Of a stretch of 64,000 nt of DNA, positions 39,073 to 49,574 are shown piece by piece (position 1 is the first letter of the stretch; every line of letters starts with the position of its first letter). Below the pieces are notes generated by a model. It was not told where the DNA came from. It saw only the letters and a program-made list of their open reading frames with translations, and did no database searches. Source of the DNA: Candidatus Porifericomitales bacterium (lineage in GTDB: Bacteria > Pseudomonadota > Gammaproteobacteria > CBDEFV01); NCBI GenBank assembly GCA_965237735.1, contig CBDEFV010000004.1:1006-65005 (forward strand), given 5' to 3'. The position numbers were made by a program, and so were the translations under genes.

Positions 39073-41355
39073 CTAGAAGCGGCCATAGTAGCCCTCCTTC
39101 AGGGCGTCGAACAGATTGGCCGCCGAGTGTTTCTCGCCGTCGTACTCGATCTCGTCCGAACCGCGGGCGCAGACCCTGGTGCCGTCTTCGAGGGTGAACT
39201 CATAGATGGTCTTGAGCAGATCGTCCTCCTTGACCAGCACACCCTGGAAGACCTCGGGGTTGGGCCTGAAGGTGGTGCAGCCCTTGAGCCCCTCTTCGCA
39301 GGCGAGCAGGTAGACCTGCTTGAACTCTTCGTAGGAGGCGTCGACGGGAAAATTGACCGTCTTGGAAATCGAAGAGTCAACCCATCTCTGGGCCGCTGCC
39401 TGCACCCGCACATGCTGAATCGGCGTGACGTCGTCGGCGATGACAAAGTCCGGCGGCAGATCGTCGACCGCGTCCAGGCGGCCGCCGTTAAGATGGCGGA
39501 AGACCAGGGACTCGTAAGACAGCACCTGGGTCCTGCGCTTGCTCTTCCTGCCCTGCTCGATGACATTGCGCACATAGGAGTGGGAAAAACTCGGCTCGAT
39601 ACCATTGCTGACGTTGTTGCCGAGAGACAGCGAGATGGTGCCGGTCGGCGCGATCGAGCTGTGATGGGTGTAGCGCGCACCGGAGGCGGCCAGCTGCTCG
39701 ACCAGTTCCGGCTCGCTCTCGGCGAGGAAGTTCATGTAGCGGCTGTAGCGCGCGTGCAACTCGCGCCCTTTGAGCACATCGCCCACCTTGTAGCCGTCGC
39801 CCCTGAGACTGGAGTTCTTCAGCAGCATGGCTTCGGTGATGACAAAGTCCTCGTCCATGATCGGCGCCGACCCCTTCTCCTTTGCCAGTTCCAACGCCTG
39901 GCGCCAACCGGTTACAGCGAGTTCGCGGCTGACCTGTTCCGTGAATTCAAAGGATTCCTCAGAGCCGTAGCGGATGCCGAGCAGGGCCAGGGTCGAGCCC
40001 AGGCCGAGAAAACCCATGCCGTGGCGGCGCTTGCGCGCCAGTTCGCTGCGCTGTTCCTCGAGCGGCAGGCCGCTGACCTCGACGACATTGTCGAGCATGC
40101 GCGAGAACACCGCCACCACTTTGCGGTAGCGCTCCCAGTCGAACCAGACATCGGGCGCAAGCGGGTTTTCGACGAACCTGGTCAGGTTGACCGAGCCCAG
40201 CAGGCAGGCGCCGTAGGGCGGCAGCGGCTGCTCGCCACAGGGGTTGGTGGCGCGGATGTCCTCGCAGAACCAATTGTTGTTCATCTCGTTGACGCGGTCG
40301 ATGAGGATAAAGCCGGGCTCGGAAAATTCAAAGCTCGACTGCATGATCGTCTCCCACAGATCGGTGGCGCGGACAGTGCGGTAGATCTTGCAGGCCGTGA
40401 GGCCGCCGCGCTTGAAGTAGCTCTCGTCGTCGGTTCCGGGCCAGCGGCTCCAACAGACCTTGGCGGGATCGGCAAAGTCAGCGGAATCTTCGGCCGCCTC
40501 GCCGCGGCGCAGCGGGAAAATCAGGTGCCAGTCGGCATCCGCACGGACGGCGCTGATGAAGTCGGCCGTGATCAGCAGGGACAGATTGAATTGACGCAGG
40601 CGTCCGTCCTCGCGCTTGGCGCGGATGAAGTCAAAGACATCCGGGTGGCGTACGTCCAGGACCCCCATCTGGGCGCCGCGACGGCCGCCGGCTGAAGAGA
40701 TGGTGAAGCACATCCTGTCGTAGATGTCCATGAACGACAGGGGGCCAGAGGTGTAAGAGCCGGAGCCACGGACATAGGCGCCTCTGGGGCGCAGGGTCGA
40801 AAAATCGTAGCCGATGCCGCAGCCGGCCTTGAGCGTCATGCCGGCCTCGTGCACCTTGCCAAGGATTTCGTTCATGCTGTCGTCGATCGTCGCCGACACA
40901 GTGCAGTTGATGGTTGAGGTCGCCGGCTTGTGCTCAAGGGAACCGACGTTGGAGAGAATGCGGCCGGCCGGCAGGGCCCCGTTGTCGAGGGCCCATTTGA
41001 ACTGCCTGCGCCAATGGGCGCGCTTTTTCGGCTTCTCGACCCCGGCCAAGGTGGAGGCGACCCGCATGCGCATGTCTTCGATGTCTTTGTCGACCGGCTC
41101 TCCGTCTTTGGTTCTCAGTTGGTACTTGCTCTGCCACATCTCGTACGAGGATTCCTGCAACGGCAGGCTGTCGAGGGCTGGAGCCGGAGTCGATGCCCCG
41201 GGCGCGGGCCTGGGGGAACCCTGCACCGACATGGAGGGCACGGGCGCCGGAGACGCCTTTGACCGCGTCCCGGCAGATGTCTTGCGAGCGTTCTTGGCAG
41301 GCGATCGAACCGGGGCGGGTTCAAGCTGAACGAGACTGAGATGTCCTTGGTTCAT
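39073..41355 (-). CDS. nrdJa: Adenosylcobalamin-dependent ribonucleotide reductase NrdJa
   Basis: TINC, ATNPCGEQ, IAPTGTIS, KGCTTFR, C-terminal EGYYGRF. Confidence 0.95.
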   Translation of the reverse strand: MNQGHLSLVQLEPAPVRSPAKNARKTSAGTRSKASPAPVPSMSVQGSPRPAPGASTPAPALDSLPLQESSYEMWQSKYQLRTKDGEPVDKDIEDMRMRVASTLAGVEKPKKRAHWRRQFKWALDNGALPAGRILSNVGSLEHKPATSTINCTVSATIDDSMNEILGKVHEAGMTLKAGCGIGYDFSTLRPRGAYVRGSGSYTSGPLSFMDIYDRMCFTISSAGGRRGAQMGVLDVRHPDVFDFIRAKREDGRLRQFNLSLLITADFISAVRADADWHLIFPLRRGEAAEDSADFADPAKVCWSRWPGTDDESYFKRGGLTACKIYRTVRATDLWETIMQSSFEFSEPGFILIDRVNEMNNNWFCEDIRATNPCGEQPLPPYGACLLGSVNLTRFVENPLAPDVWFDWERYRKVVAVFSRMLDNVVEVSGLPLEEQRSELARKRRHGMGFLGLGSTLALLGIRYGSEESFEFTEQVSRELAVTGWRQALELAKEKGSAPIMDEDFVITEAMLLKNSSLRGDGYKVGDVLKGRELHARYSRYMNFLAESEPELVEQLAASGARYTHHSSIAPTGTISLSLGNNVSNGIEPSFSHSYVRNVIEQGRKSKRRTQVLSYESLVFRHLNGGRLDAVDDLPPDFVIADDVTPIQHVRVQAAAQRWVDSSISKTVNFPVDASYEEFKQVYLLACEEGLKGCTTFRPNPEVFQGVLVKEDDLLKTIYEFTLEDGTRVCARGSDEIEYDGEKHSAANLFDALKEGYYGRF

Positions 41356-41433
41356 CGTGCGTCTCGATTATAGTATGCGCTTGAAGTTGACCCTGAGAAA
41401 ACGAAACAGACAAAAAGCTAAACTCATCTTCAC

Positions 41434-41638
41434 CTCAATTTCGCCTTTATTCTGGGGGGCTTTTGCACAAAAAACAGGCAAAACGCGACCCTGAAAGGAA
41501 CACCTTTAAGAGTCAACTCCATCAAATACCTCCGTAGAAATGATTGAATCTCAAATTCGCTGTTATTTTGGGGGGCTTTTGCGCAAAAAATGGGCATAAC
41601 GCAACCCCAAAAAGAACACCTTTAGAGTTGACTCCATG
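41434..41638. repeat. Diverged ~90-bp direct repeat (period 116 bp) in the AT-rich nrdJ-tldD intergenic region
   Basis: ttatt.tggggggcttttgc.caaaaaa...gaacacctt..agagt..actccat occurs at 41447 and 41563. Confidence 0.85.
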
Positions 41639-41943
41639 TTAGCACCATTAGACGGGAAAAGTGTGAATTTTTTCCAGTTACAGGGCCCTTGACACTCTCT
41701 GCTCCAACGGCACCAAGGCAGCTGAAAAAAGGACTTCGAGGACTTACCCACAGGATAGGGAAGATTCGTTCAAAATCTGGGGGTGCCGCCATAAAATGTC
41801 GAGCATCGGACACTCGAGGCCCCAGTCGGTATAATTGAACAAGAGGCGGCGGAGCCCTGCTTTTCGGGCGGCCAGAACCCCTGCACCGCCGCCGCGGCAG
41901 CAAAAACGCGCCTCCCGCCTCATCCCCAGCAATCCATTAATCC

Positions 41944-43377
41944 ATGACCGATCAAATCTACAAATCTCTCGTTGAAGGCGCCGAACTGACCGACGCTCAG
42001 GTCGAGAAAACGCTGGCACTCATCGGCGGTCAGGGGATAGATGGGGGCGATCTTTACTTTCAGCAGAGCGAGAGCGAGGCCTGGTCGCTCGAAGAGGAGC
42101 GCGTCGACGAAGGCGCCCGCTCCTTTGTCCGCGGTGTGGGCGTGAGAGCCTGGAGCGGCGAGAAAACCGGCTTTGCCTACTCCCAGCAACTGGCCAGCGG
42201 CCCCCTGCTGGAGGCGGCCCAGGCGGCCCGCGCCATCGCCAGGGGCACGGCCTCCGATTCAGTGTGCATCGAAGCCCGGTCGCCGCTTCCGCGGCTCTAC
42301 GGCGATGTAAATCCAATGCTTGAGTTGACGCCGACAGAAAAGGCCGACCTCTTGAAGCACGCCGACAGGACTGCCCGCGCCTTCGACCCGCGCATCCAGA
42401 GAGTGGCGGCTTCGCTGTCGTGCTCGCGCAACACCGTCGCCATTATCCAGAGTTCGGGCCAGTTGGCCACCGATATCCGCCCGCTGGTGTCGTTCTCGAT
42501 CGACGTCGTCGCCGTTGACGGCAAAAGGCGTGAGTACGGGCGCAGCGGCTTCGGCGGCCGCCGCGGACTGAAGGGAGAAGTCTCCTTTGAGGCGGTTGCC
42601 GAAGCCGCCGAAGAGGCGGCCCGTCTCGCACTCAACCGCCTGGCGGCGGCGCCGCCGCCGGCCGGAGACATGACGGTCGTGCTCGGCCCCGGCTGGCCCG
42701 GAATTCTGCTGCACGAAGCCGTCGGCCACGGTCTGGAGTCAGATTTCAACCGCAAGGGCGTCTCCGCCTTCAGCAACCGTCTCGGCGAGCGGGTCGCGGC
42801 CCCGGGCTGCACCCTCGTCGACGACGGCACCCTCGTGGGCCGCCGCGGTTCCTTGACCGTCGATGACGAAGGCACCGCCAGCCAGCAGACTGTCCTCATC
42901 GAAGACGGCTACCTGCGCGGCTACATGCAGGACCGCTTCAACGCCAGTCTGACCGGAGCCGCCCTGACCGGCAACGGCCGCCGCGAATCCTACGCCCATA
43001 CGCCCATGCCGCGCATGACCAATACCTATATGCTGGCCGGTGCGCAGGATCCGGGCGAGATCGTCGAATCAGTCAAATACGGCCTCTACGCCACTCATTT
43101 CAATGGCGGCCAGGTAGACATTGTCTCGGGGAAGTTCGTATTTTCCATGTCGGAGTGCCGTCTGATCGAGAATGGCCGCCTGACCCGGCCGCTGCGCGGC
43201 GCCACCCTGATCGGCAACGGCCCGGAGGCGCTGAAGCGGGTCTCCATGATCGGCAGCGACCTCGAACTCGACAGGGGCGTCGGCACCTGTGGCAAGGACG
43301 GTCAGTCGGTGCCTGTCGGCGTCGGCCAGCCGACCCTGAAGCTCGAGGGCATCACCGTCGGCGGCGAGGTCGACTGA
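41944..43377 (+). CDS. tldD: Metalloprotease TldD
   Basis: LLHEAVGHGLE, PRMTNT, GTCGKDGQSVPVGVGQP. Confidence 0.96.
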   Translation: MTDQIYKSLVEGAELTDAQVEKTLALIGGQGIDGGDLYFQQSESEAWSLEEERVDEGARSFVRGVGVRAWSGEKTGFAYSQQLASGPLLEAAQAARAIARGTASDSVCIEARSPLPRLYGDVNPMLELTPTEKADLLKHADRTARAFDPRIQRVAASLSCSRNTVAIIQSSGQLATDIRPLVSFSIDVVAVDGKRREYGRSGFGGRRGLKGEVSFEAVAEAAEEAARLALNRLAAAPPPAGDMTVVLGPGWPGILLHEAVGHGLESDFNRKGVSAFSNRLGERVAAPGCTLVDDGTLVGRRGSLTVDDEGTASQQTVLIEDGYLRGYMQDRFNASLTGAALTGNGRRESYAHTPMPRMTNTYMLAGAQDPGEIVESVKYGLYATHFNGGQVDIVSGKFVFSMSECRLIENGRLTRPLRGATLIGNGPEALKRVSMIGSDLELDRGVGTCGKDGQSVPVGVGQPTLKLEGITVGGEVD

Positions 43378-43383
43378 AATCCC

Positions 43384-44754
43384 GTGAACTCCGCTCCGGC
43401 AATCGCACCGAGGACGGAACTGGCCGCCGCCGGGGAGAACGCCCAGGCTCTGCTCGGGGAGATCTCCGAGGCCGCCCTGGCAACTGCGAGGCGGCTCGGA
43501 GCGACCCAGGCAGAGTGCGATGCCTCGGTGTCCTCCGGCCTGTCGGTGCAGACCCGCCTCGCCGAAATCGAGTCGGTGCAACGCCATCGCTCTCAGGGCA
43601 TCGAAGTCAGCGTCTACATCGATCACTGCAAGGGCTCGGCCAGTACCAGCGAGCTGAGCCTGGAGGCCGCCAGGCGGACGGCTGAGGATGCCTTTGCCAT
43701 CGCCCGCGAGACGGCGGGTGATCCCTGTGCCGGCCTCGCCGATACCGAGACGCTGGCGCGCGAGTTTCCCGATCTCTCGCTGCTGCATCCGTGGCCGCTG
43801 GACGCCGAGGCCGCCGCCGACATCGCCCGCGCCATTGAGACCGCGGGCCTGGCAGTCGACGAGCGCATCGACAACTCTGAAGGGGCCGAGGTGTCGAGCC
43901 ATCGCAGCCAGTCTCTTTACAGCACCAGCCACGGCTTCAGCGGTTTCAAGGAGTCAACGGCCCACTCGCTTTCCTGCGTACTCGTGGCGAGCGAAGACGG
44001 TAACCGGGAGCGCGACTGCTGGTTCAGTTGCTCGCGTCGGCCGGACCTGCTCGAGGACCCCCGCGAGATCGGCGACAAGGCCGCGCGCCGGGTGTTGCGC
44101 CGCCTGCGTCCGCGACGGCCCGGAAGCGGCCGCCTGCCGGTTCTCTTCGCACCCGAGACCGCCAAGGGACTCATCGGCCACCTCCTGTCCGCCGCCAGAG
44201 GCGGCGCACTCTACAGAGGCACCAGCTTTCTCGTCGATCGCCTGGGAGAAGCCGTGACCGCCCCCGGTATCCGCATCCGCGAGGAACCGCTGCGGCCCGG
44301 GGGCTGGGGCAGCTCGGCCTGGGACTACGAGGGCGTGGCCCGCCGCAATCGCACCCTGGTCGAGGATGGCCGCCTGGAAAGCTACATACTGTCGAGCTTC
44401 AGCGCCCGCAAACTCGGCATGACCACCACCGGCAACAGCGGCGGCGTGCGCAACATCGTCGTCGAGCCGACGACGACGGAGCGCGACCTCGCGAGGACGG
44501 TCGACAAAGGCATTGTCGTCACCGAGCTCATGGGCCAGGGAGTCGACCTCACCACCGGCCACTACTCGCGCGGGGCCGCCGGCTTCTGGATCGAGGGGGG
44601 GGAGGTGCGGCATGCGCTCAATGAATTCACCATCGCCGGCAATCTCAAGGACATGTACAAAGCCATCGTCGCCATCGGAGCCGACAGCGACAGGCGCGGC
44701 AACATGCACTGCGGCTCGCTTCTGATCGAACGCATGTCCATCGGCGGGACCTGA
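43384..44754 (+). CDS. pmbA: TldE/PmbA
   Basis: ELMGQG, TG.YSRGA.GFW, TIAGNL; paired with tldD. Confidence 0.95.
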   Translation: MNSAPAIAPRTELAAAGENAQALLGEISEAALATARRLGATQAECDASVSSGLSVQTRLAEIESVQRHRSQGIEVSVYIDHCKGSASTSELSLEAARRTAEDAFAIARETAGDPCAGLADTETLAREFPDLSLLHPWPLDAEAAADIARAIETAGLAVDERIDNSEGAEVSSHRSQSLYSTSHGFSGFKESTAHSLSCVLVASEDGNRERDCWFSCSRRPDLLEDPREIGDKAARRVLRRLRPRRPGSGRLPVLFAPETAKGLIGHLLSAARGGALYRGTSFLVDRLGEAVTAPGIRIREEPLRPGGWGSSAWDYEGVARRNRTLVEDGRLESYILSSFSARKLGMTTTGNSGGVRNIVVEPTTTERDLARTVDKGIVVTELMGQGVDLTTGHYSRGAAGFWIEGGEVRHALNEFTIAGNLKDMYKAIVAIGADSDRRGNMHCGSLLIERMSIGGT

Positions 44755-44759
44755 ATTTC

Positions 44760-45917
44760 ATGGCTTTTCCACAGCGGCTTTCGACATCCATCCGACACTG
44801 GGCCTCGCTGGCCGCTCTCGCCCTGCTGCTGACACTGGCGGATTTTCAGGCCCAGGCGGTCTTTGTCGAGGATCTCTACCGCGCCGAGGTCGCCGTTCCC
44901 GACCGCAGCCGGGCCGAGCGCGAAAGGGCCTTCGCCCTGGCCCTGCAACAGGTGTTCATCCGCCTCGGGGGCAATGACCTGGTGTTGAGGGAGCCGAGAA
45001 TCAGGCGCATCATCGCCAACGCCAGGACCCGGGTGCGCACGTACCGCTACCGCCAGCCGACAGAGGAGGAAGCCAAAGGCGGCCACTGGTTGTCGGTGGA
45101 GTTTTTCGGCAAGCAGTTGACGGATCTCTTCACCGAGCTCGGCCTGCCCCTCTGGGGTCAGGAGCGCGCCGAAACCCTGCTGTGGTTGACCGTTGTCGAT
45201 GAAAACGGCACGCGCCAGATACGCGTCGGCGACAGCGGCCCCATTGTCGACCTGCTGCTGCAGCAGAGCAGGGAAAAGGGCACGCCCCTGCTGTTCCCGC
45301 TCCTCGATATCGACGACATCGCCGCTCTGAGGGTGCTCTCCGGTTTCGAGGGCGGCGTTCATGCCGACATCGCCCCCTTCATCCGCGCCTCCCAGAGATA
45401 CGAGGCCCCCGCCGTCCTTGTCGGCGCCCTGCGCAAGGTCGGCGGAGGCCAAGATTCGTGGGAGGCCGAGTGGGCCCTGCTGCTCGGCGGCGACGTCATC
45501 CGCCGCTGGGTCAGCGACCGCCTGCCGCTCGAGGACCTGCTGTCGGTCTCCTGGCGGCAGATCTCGCGCCTGCTGGTGCGCCGTTTTGCCTTCAGGGGCA
45601 AAGCCGAAGAGGGCTCGGTGGAACTGCAGGTCGACGGCGTTGCATCGATCGAGGATTTCAAGGCTGTGCTGGATCGTCTCGACAGCCTGTTGATCGTCAT
45701 GAAAGTCCTGCCCCAAGAAGTCCACGCCGAGCATGCCCTGTTTCAGGTCACACTCAAGGACGATGTGCTGTCGTTTCACCGCGCCCTCGAAATCGAGGCT
45801 CCCGAACTTGTCTGGCCGGCCGGCCAGGCCGACCCCGCCACCGACGCCGCTTCACTGCGCTACCGCTATTACGGCCCCGACAACTCGGGCAACCGAACCG
45901 GCCAGCGGAGACAATGA
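44760..45917 (+). CDS. DUF2066-like periplasmic protein
   Basis: Signal peptide, LYRAEV, LPLWG..R, FPLLD; upstream of hda as in many gammaproteobacteria. Confidence 0.75.
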   Translation: MAFPQRLSTSIRHWASLAALALLLTLADFQAQAVFVEDLYRAEVAVPDRSRAERERAFALALQQVFIRLGGNDLVLREPRIRRIIANARTRVRTYRYRQPTEEEAKGGHWLSVEFFGKQLTDLFTELGLPLWGQERAETLLWLTVVDENGTRQIRVGDSGPIVDLLLQQSREKGTPLLFPLLDIDDIAALRVLSGFEGGVHADIAPFIRASQRYEAPAVLVGALRKVGGGQDSWEAEWALLLGGDVIRRWVSDRLPLEDLLSVSWRQISRLLVRRFAFRGKAEEGSVELQVDGVASIEDFKAVLDRLDSLLIVMKVLPQEVHAEHALFQVTLKDDVLSFHRALEIEAPELVWPAGQADPATDAASLRYRYYGPDNSGNRTGQRRQ

Positions 45918-46651
45918 GCGAGAGCGGCCCGCCGAAGCTCCGCCGCGGCCAGCAACCCCTGCCACTCGGCCTGCACCCGCGCTCCACCTTTGCCACCTTC
46001 GTCGGCGCCGACAGCCGCCTCATCGGCCGGCTGCTGAAAGGGCTCGCCGAGGGCCGAACAGCGGGCGGAACCCTGCCCCAGGCGCTCCTCTGGGGGCCGC
46101 CGCAGTGCGGCAAGACCCACCTGTTGCAGGCCTCGTGCCGCCACGCCGCCGGGCTCGGCCGCCCTGCATCCTTTGTCAACGCCGGCGACAGCTGCCTGGT
46201 CAGGGCCATCGCCGCCAGCGAATACCCCCCTGAATTTCTCGCCATCGATGCCATGGACCTCGCCGACGGCAACAGCAAAAAGGCCCTGTTCTCCATTCTG
46301 GAGCAGCGCCGCCGCCTCGGTCTGGCCACTCTGGTCGCCGCCCGCTCGGCGCCGGCGCATCTCCATCTGGGGCGCGAAGACTTGCGCACCCGCCTCGGCT
46401 GGGGCGCGGTCGTGCGGGTCAACCCGCCCGACGAACCCGAGCTCCGCCGCCTGCTTGCGGCGAGGGCCCAGGATTACGGCCTGGTGCTCGACGACCAGGT
46501 GCTCGATTACTTGACGGCACGCATCGACCGCGCCCCCGGGACCGCTCTGGCCTATATAGAATCCCTGTCGCGCCTGGCCCTCGCCCAAAAGCGAACCCTG
46601 ACCGTGCCCTTTATCCGCCAATCGACCCCCCTGCTCAGCGAGAGCGCATGA
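45914..46651 (+). CDS. hda: DnaA regulatory inactivator Hda
   Basis: QQPL clamp-motif-like N-terminus, GKTHLLQA, DLRTRLGWG, LTVPF. Confidence 0.88.
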   Translation: MSESGPPKLRRGQQPLPLGLHPRSTFATFVGADSRLIGRLLKGLAEGRTAGGTLPQALLWGPPQCGKTHLLQASCRHAAGLGRPASFVNAGDSCLVRAIAASEYPPEFLAIDAMDLADGNSKKALFSILEQRRRLGLATLVAARSAPAHLHLGREDLRTRLGWGAVVRVNPPDEPELRRLLAARAQDYGLVLDDQVLDYLTARIDRAPGTALAYIESLSRLALAQKRTLTVPFIRQSTPLLSESA

Positions 46652-47145
46652 AACGCAGAAAAAACAACTATTGGCTTCTTAAGTCGGAGCCCTCGACCTA
46701 CGGCATCGACCACCTGGAGGCACAGGAGAATCAAACCGACTACTGGGACGGGGTGCGCAACTACCAGGCGCGCAATATGATCCGCGACCAGATGCAGCCC
46801 GGAGACCAGGCCTTCTTCTACCACTCGGCCTGCGAGACGCCGGGCATCGTCGGTCTTGTCGAGATCGCCTCGGCAGGCTACCCCGACCTCACGGCCCTCG
46901 ATCGCAAGAGCCAGTATTTCGATTCCAGGGCGACCGGGGACAACCCGCGCTGGTACCGCATGGACATCAAACTGCTGCGGCGCAGCCGGCGCCTGATCAG
47001 CCTCGGCGAGTTGCGCCGGCAGCCGGAGCTCGACGGCTGGGCCCTGGTGCGGAGGGGCAACCGCCTGTCGGTCATGCCGGTGTCGCCCGAGCACTGGGAC
47101 TTTGTCCTCCAGCTGGAGAAAACCGGGCCCGCCGCCGCGCCCTGA
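46648..47145 (+). CDS. EVE domain protein
   Basis: YWLLKSEP, WDGVRNYQARN, FFYHS, RLSVMPV. Confidence 0.93.
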   Translation: MKRRKNNYWLLKSEPSTYGIDHLEAQENQTDYWDGVRNYQARNMIRDQMQPGDQAFFYHSACETPGIVGLVEIASAGYPDLTALDRKSQYFDSRATGDNPRWYRMDIKLLRRSRRLISLGELRRQPELDGWALVRRGNRLSVMPVSPEHWDFVLQLEKTGPAAAP

Positions 47146-47147
47146 CC

Positions 47148-48128
47148 ATGACAGCCGTCCAGCCGTCAGCGCCGAACAGGCGGCTCGCCGTCGTCATGGA
47201 CGACATCGCCGCCATCAAGCCGGCCAAGGACAGTACTCTCGCCCTGATGCTCTGCGCCCAGGAGCGCGGCTGGGAGCTGTTCTGCGCAGCCAAGGAGGAT
47301 CTCGACATCGAAAATGGCCGCGCCCACATGCGCGCCCGTCCAGTGAAGGTGCGCGATCAGACAGAGGACTGGTACAGCTGCGGCAAGCCCCTGCGCCAGC
47401 CCATGGCGGATTTCGCGGCCGCGCTCATGCGCTCGGATCCACCCTTCGACAGCGGCTACCTCTACGCCACCCATATCCTGCAGCGGGCCGAAGAGGAGGG
47501 CACGCTGGTGCTGAACCGCCCCCGGGCGCTGCGCGATCACAACGAAAAGATCGCCGCCACCGAATTTCCCGGGCTCTGCCCCGAGACCCTGGTCAGCAGC
47601 AACATCGTGCAGGTGCTTGAGTTCGCCCGGGGACTCGGCGAAGTGGTGTTGAAACCGCTCGACGCCATGGGCGGATTTTCGATTTTTCGCCTCAGCGCCG
47701 GAGACCCCAACCTCAAAGTGGCAGCCGAGGTCATGACGGATGGCGGCCGGACGCCGATCATGGCGCAGCGTTTTCTCGAAGAGATCCGCGACGGCGACCG
47801 GCGGGTGCTGCTGGTCAACGGCGAGACCGTCGATGACTGGGCCCTCGCCCGCTATGCAGACCAGGGCGAGAGCCGGGCAAATCTGGCGGCCGGCGGTTCG
47901 GGACGAGCCGAGCGGCTCAACGGGCGCGAGCGGGCAGCCGTCGCTGTCATCGGCCCGAAGCTGCGCGAGCGCGGCCTGTGGTTTGTCGGCCTTGACTTCA
48001 TCGGCGGCCTCGTCAGTGAAATCAATGTCACCAGCCCCACCTGCATCCGCGAGATCAAGCGCGATACCGGAGTCGATGCGGCCGCCAGCCTGCTCGACTT
48101 TATCGAAACCCGGCTCGCCCGCCGCTGA
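47148..48128 (+). CDS. gshB: Glutathione synthetase
   Basis: KDST, MRSDPPFD, NEK, RANLAAGG, EINVTSPT. Confidence 0.96.
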   Translation: MTAVQPSAPNRRLAVVMDDIAAIKPAKDSTLALMLCAQERGWELFCAAKEDLDIENGRAHMRARPVKVRDQTEDWYSCGKPLRQPMADFAAALMRSDPPFDSGYLYATHILQRAEEEGTLVLNRPRALRDHNEKIAATEFPGLCPETLVSSNIVQVLEFARGLGEVVLKPLDAMGGFSIFRLSAGDPNLKVAAEVMTDGGRTPIMAQRFLEEIRDGDRRVLLVNGETVDDWALARYADQGESRANLAAGGSGRAERLNGRERAAVAVIGPKLRERGLWFVGLDFIGGLVSEINVTSPTCIREIKRDTGVDAAASLLDFIETRLARR

Positions 48129-48162
48129 GCCCCCTCTCTTCCCACGCCCCAAGGAGCGCCAC

Positions 48163-48816
48163 ATGGCCCAGTTATGGAAAATCCACCCAACTCACCCGCA
48201 GGCGCGCCTGGTGCGTCAGGTGGCGGAAATCCTGGGCAGCGGCGGGCTCATCGTCTATCCCACCGACTCCAGCTATGCCTTCGGCTGGCTCGCTCCCTTC
48301 AAGGATGCCCAGGAGAAGGTGCGACGGCTGCGGCAGCTCGACAAGCACCACAACTTCACGATCATGTGCCGCGACCTCAGCGATTTTTCGCAGTACTGCC
48401 ACCTCGACACCTGGGCCTTTCGCCTGTGCAAGGAGTTGACGCCGGGTCCCTACACCTTCATTCTCAGGGCTTCAAAAGGCGTGCCGCAGCGGCTGCAGAA
48501 CCTGAAAAGCCGAACCATCGGCCTGCGCATTCCCGACCACACCTTCGTCCGCGAGCTCCTGGCCGAGCTCGAGGCGCCGTTGCTCAGCAGTACCCTTTTT
48601 CTGCCCGACGAGCAGACGCCGACCGATCCCGACCGGATTCACCAGCGATTGCAGAAGGTCGTCGATGCCGTCATCGACTGCGGCCACTGCCCGGAGCAGC
48701 CGACGACCGTGCTGTCCCTGAGCGGCGACAGCCCCGAGGTAGCTCGACAGGGGCGCGGCTCCACGGCCTTTCTGTCCCGCGGTCTCCCGATCGGGCATGA
48801 AACGGGCACAGCATGA
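48163..48816 (+). CDS. Sua5/YciO/YrdC family protein
   Basis: IHPTHPQARL, YPTDSSY, TPGPYTFIL, IGLRIP. Confidence 0.92.
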   Translation: MAQLWKIHPTHPQARLVRQVAEILGSGGLIVYPTDSSYAFGWLAPFKDAQEKVRRLRQLDKHHNFTIMCRDLSDFSQYCHLDTWAFRLCKELTPGPYTFILRASKGVPQRLQNLKSRTIGLRIPDHTFVRELLAELEAPLLSSTLFLPDEQTPTDPDRIHQRLQKVVDAVIDCGHCPEQPTTVLSLSGDSPEVARQGRGSTAFLSRGLPIGHETGTA

Positions 48817-49574
48817 ATGAGCCTTCGACGGCGATCGCCACGGTTGCGGGCCAGCCCTGGGAGCGGGCCCCCGACGGCCTCTATCTGCCGATCGGAGCCT
48901 TTCGCGTCTCGCTCAACGTCTTCGACGGTCCCCTTGATCTGCTGCTCTATCTGATCCGGCGCAGAAACATCGAGATTTCTGACATCCCCGTGGCTGCCAT
49001 CAGCGATCAGTTCCTCGACTACATCGGCGACCTGTCCGGGCTCAGGATCGAGCAGGCCGCAGATTATCTGGCCATGGCCGCGACCCTGACCGAGATCAAA
49101 TCGCGCCTGTTGCTGCCTGCGGCCGATGTCGGCGAAGACGGGCGGGAAGAGGACCCGCGGGCGCAACTGGTCGCCCGGCTACAGGCCTTTGCCACTGCCC
49201 GTGAAGCCGCGGCCGCATTGAGGCGGCGACCGCTCCTCGGCCGCGATTTCTTCGCCGCCAACGCGCCTTCGGAGACGCCGCTCACAGCCGGGGATCTGCA
49301 ACAGGCTCTCAGGCAGATGATCACGCGTCTTCACCAGTCCCTGCCCGAACGCCTGCGGCCGCGCCGCCCTCTCTCGATGCACCGCCGCATCCAGAGTCTG
49401 CTGACAAAGCTGCAGGGGGGCAAAAATCGGCGTTTCCACGAGCTCCTGGCCCCGGCGGAAGGCCCCCTCGGCCTGTCCCTGACGCTGTGCGCCCTGCTCC
49501 ACCTCGCCCAGCACGCCCGGGTAAAGCTGACGCAGAAGGCCCCCTTCGCACCCCTGCATGTCCGCGCCGACTGA
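48813..49574 (+). CDS. scpA: Segregation and condensation protein A
   Basis: FDGPLDLLLYLI, YLAMAATL.EIKSRLLLP, EDPR. Confidence 0.92.
   Translation: MNEPSTAIATVAGQPWERAPDGLYLPIGAFRVSLNVFDGPLDLLLYLIRRRNIEISDIPVAAISDQFLDYIGDLSGLRIEQAADYLAMAATLTEIKSRLLLPAADVGEDGREEDPRAQLVARLQAFATAREAAAALRRRPLLGRDFFAANAPSETPLTAGDLQQALRQMITRLHQSLPERLRPRRPLSMHRRIQSLLTKLQGGKNRRFHELLAPAEGPLGLSLTLCALLHLAQHARVKLTQKAPFAPLHVRAD

Noticed and set aside
41356-41943. Cobalamin riboswitch or NrdR boxes upstream of nrdJa
   Set aside because: No convincing match to either consensus by eye; a covariance-model or matrix scan would be needed.
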